Part shown: positions 62,095-64,000 of the stretch, piece after piece
How the letters are laid out: the number at the start of each line of letters is the position of its first letter
Numbering within the stretch: position 1 is the first letter of the stretch
From: Mobula hypostoma
Taxonomy: Eukaryota
Direction: 5' to 3'
Assembly: GCF_963921235.1 (NCBI RefSeq)
Contig: NC_086101.1
Location: forward strand, 14,632,001 to 14,696,000
DNA: 64,000 nucleotides
Position numbers and translations under genes: made by a program
Notes under the pieces: model-generated
Database searches by the model: none
Told to the model about the DNA's origin: nothing
What the model saw: the letters and a program-made list of their open reading frames with translations, nothing else

Positions 62095-64000
62095 TATAAC
62101 ATAGAAACACAGAAACATAGAAAACCTACAGCCCAATACAGGCCCTTTGGCCCACAAAGCTGTGCCGAACATGTCCTTACCTTAGAACTACCTAGGATTA
62201 CCGATAGCCCTCTAATTTCCTAAGCATGTATCCATCCAGGAGTATCTTAAAACACCCTATCGTTTCTGCCTCCACCATCATCGCTGGCAGCCCGTTCCAC
62301 GCACTCACTACTCTCTGCTTAAAATACTAACCACAGATATCCTCTCTGTACCTACTTCCAAGCACCTTAAAATATGTCCTCTCGTGCTAGCCATTTCAGC
62401 CCTGGGAAAAAGCCTTTGACTATCCACACGATCGATGCCTCTCATCATCTTATACACCTCTATCAGGTCACCTGTCATCCTCCATCGCTCCAAGGAGGAA
62501 AGGCCGAGTTCACTCAACCTATTCTCATAAGGCATGCTTCCCAATCCAGGCAACAGCCTTGTAAATCTCCTCTGCACCCTTTCTATGGGTTTCCCGTCCT
62601 TTCTGCAGTGAGGCGATCAGAACTGAGCACAGTGCTCCACGTAGGGTCTCACCAGCGTCCTATATAGCTGCAACATTACCTTTCGGCTCCTAAACTCAGT
62701 CCCACGTTTGATGAAGGCCAATACACCGTATGCCTTCTTGACCACAGAGTGAACCTGCGTAGCTGCTGGAATTCCTGTTGTCTGCGTAGCAGCTTTGCGT
62801 GTCCGATGGACTTAGACCCCAAGATCCTTCTCACCGTCCACACTGCCAAGAGTCTTATTATTAATGGTATGTTCTGCCATCATATTTGACCTACCAGAAT
62901 GAACCACCTCACACTTATCTGGTTTGAACTCCATCTGCCACTTCTTAGCCCAGTTTTGCAACCTATCAGTATGCTGCTGTAACGTCTGAAAGCACTCCAC
63001 ACTATCCACAACACCCCCAATCTTTGTGTCATCATCGAATTTACTAACTCATCCCCACGCTTCCTCGCCAGGTTATTTATTAAAAAAATCACAAAGAGTA
63101 GGGGTCCCAGAACAGATCCCTGAGGCACACTACTGGTCACCGGACTCCATGCAGAATATGACCCGTCCTCAACCACTGTTTGTCTTCTGTGTGCAAGGCA
63201 ATTCTGAATCCACAAAGCAATGTCCCCTTGGATCCCATGCCTCTTTACTTTCTCAATAAGCCTTGCATGGGGTACCTTGCTGAAATCCATATACAGGGCA
63301 TCTACTGCTCTTCCTCCATCAATGTGTTTAGTCACATCCTCAAAAAATTCAATCAGGCTCGTAAGGCACGACCTGCCTTTCACGAAGCCATGTTGACTAT
63401 TCATAATCATATTATGCCTCTACAAATGTTCATAAATCCTGCCTCTCAGGATATTCTCCATCAACTTACCAACTACTGAAGTAAGACTCACTGGCCTATA
63501 ATTTCCTGGGCTATGCCTACTCCTTCTCTTGAATAAGGGAACAACATCTGCAAACCTCCAATCCTCTGGAACCTCTCCCGTCCTCATTGATGATGCAAAG
63601 ATTATTGCCAGAGGCTCAGCAATCTTCTCCCTCTCTTCTCACAGTAACCTGGGGTACACGCCGTCTGTTCCCGGTGAACAAACCAACTTATTGCTTTTCA
63701 AAAGCTCCAACACATCCTCTCCCTTAATATCTACATGCTCAAGCCTTTCAGTCCACCGCAAATCATCCCTACAACCGCCAAGATCCTTTTGCGTAGCGAA
63801 TACTGAAGCAAAATATTCATGTAGTACCTGTGCCTCCTCCGGTTCCATGCACACTTATCCACTGTCACACATGATTGGTTCTATTCTCGGACGTCTTTTC
63901 CTCTTGCTCTTCACATACTTGTAGAATGCCTCGGGGTTTTCCTTCATCCTATCCGCCAAGGCCTTCTCATGGCCCCTTCTGCCTCTCCTATTTTCATTCT
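62095..64000 (-). mobile_element. CR1 LINE, duplicate of the element at 25965 onward, cut by the window end
   Basis: ORFs 62308-62577 and 62880-63410; same flank and tail as copy A. Confidence 0.9.

Larger units (their letters stand above)
53416..64000 (+). repeat. Segmental duplication, copy B (matches 16719-~27867; runs to the window end)
   Basis: Colinear high-identity match to copy A, including the same repeat insertion points. Confidence 0.95.

Overview
Repeat-dense vertebrate genomic DNA. The CR1/(CATAGAAA)n tails, Penelope tails, tRNA-derived SINEs and Rex1-like LINEs point to a cartilaginous fish, probably a ray (inference). The non-repeat content is a cluster of non-rearranging VJ-type Ig-superfamily receptor genes resembling NCR3/NKp30, on the + strand. 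Gene 1 model: leader exon (3577-3619), V1 (10341-10685), a decayed V pseudo-exon (~11817-12085), V2 (13844-14188), TM/short-tail exon (17014-17174). Gene 2 model: leader (49884-49926), V3 (52950-53291), TM/short-tail exon (53711-53871). All V domains carry an extra CxxC motif after WYKD, and the TM contains Glu and Lys. The TM exon and at least 11 kb downstream are duplicated (16719-~27867 vs 53416-64000) at high identity, while V2 and V3 share only ~40% of residues. This suggests a V/TM-swapped chimeric receptor made by a recent duplication breaking in the V-TM intron. The window also holds a near-full-length I/Nimb-type LINE (gag, APE, RT, RNase H), a near-full-length CR1, copy-specific Penelope, Rex1-like and CR1 insertions, a solo LTR with TSDs, Tc1 remnants and two assembly gaps. 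Gene models come from splice signals and phase only; no transcript evidence or database search was available.
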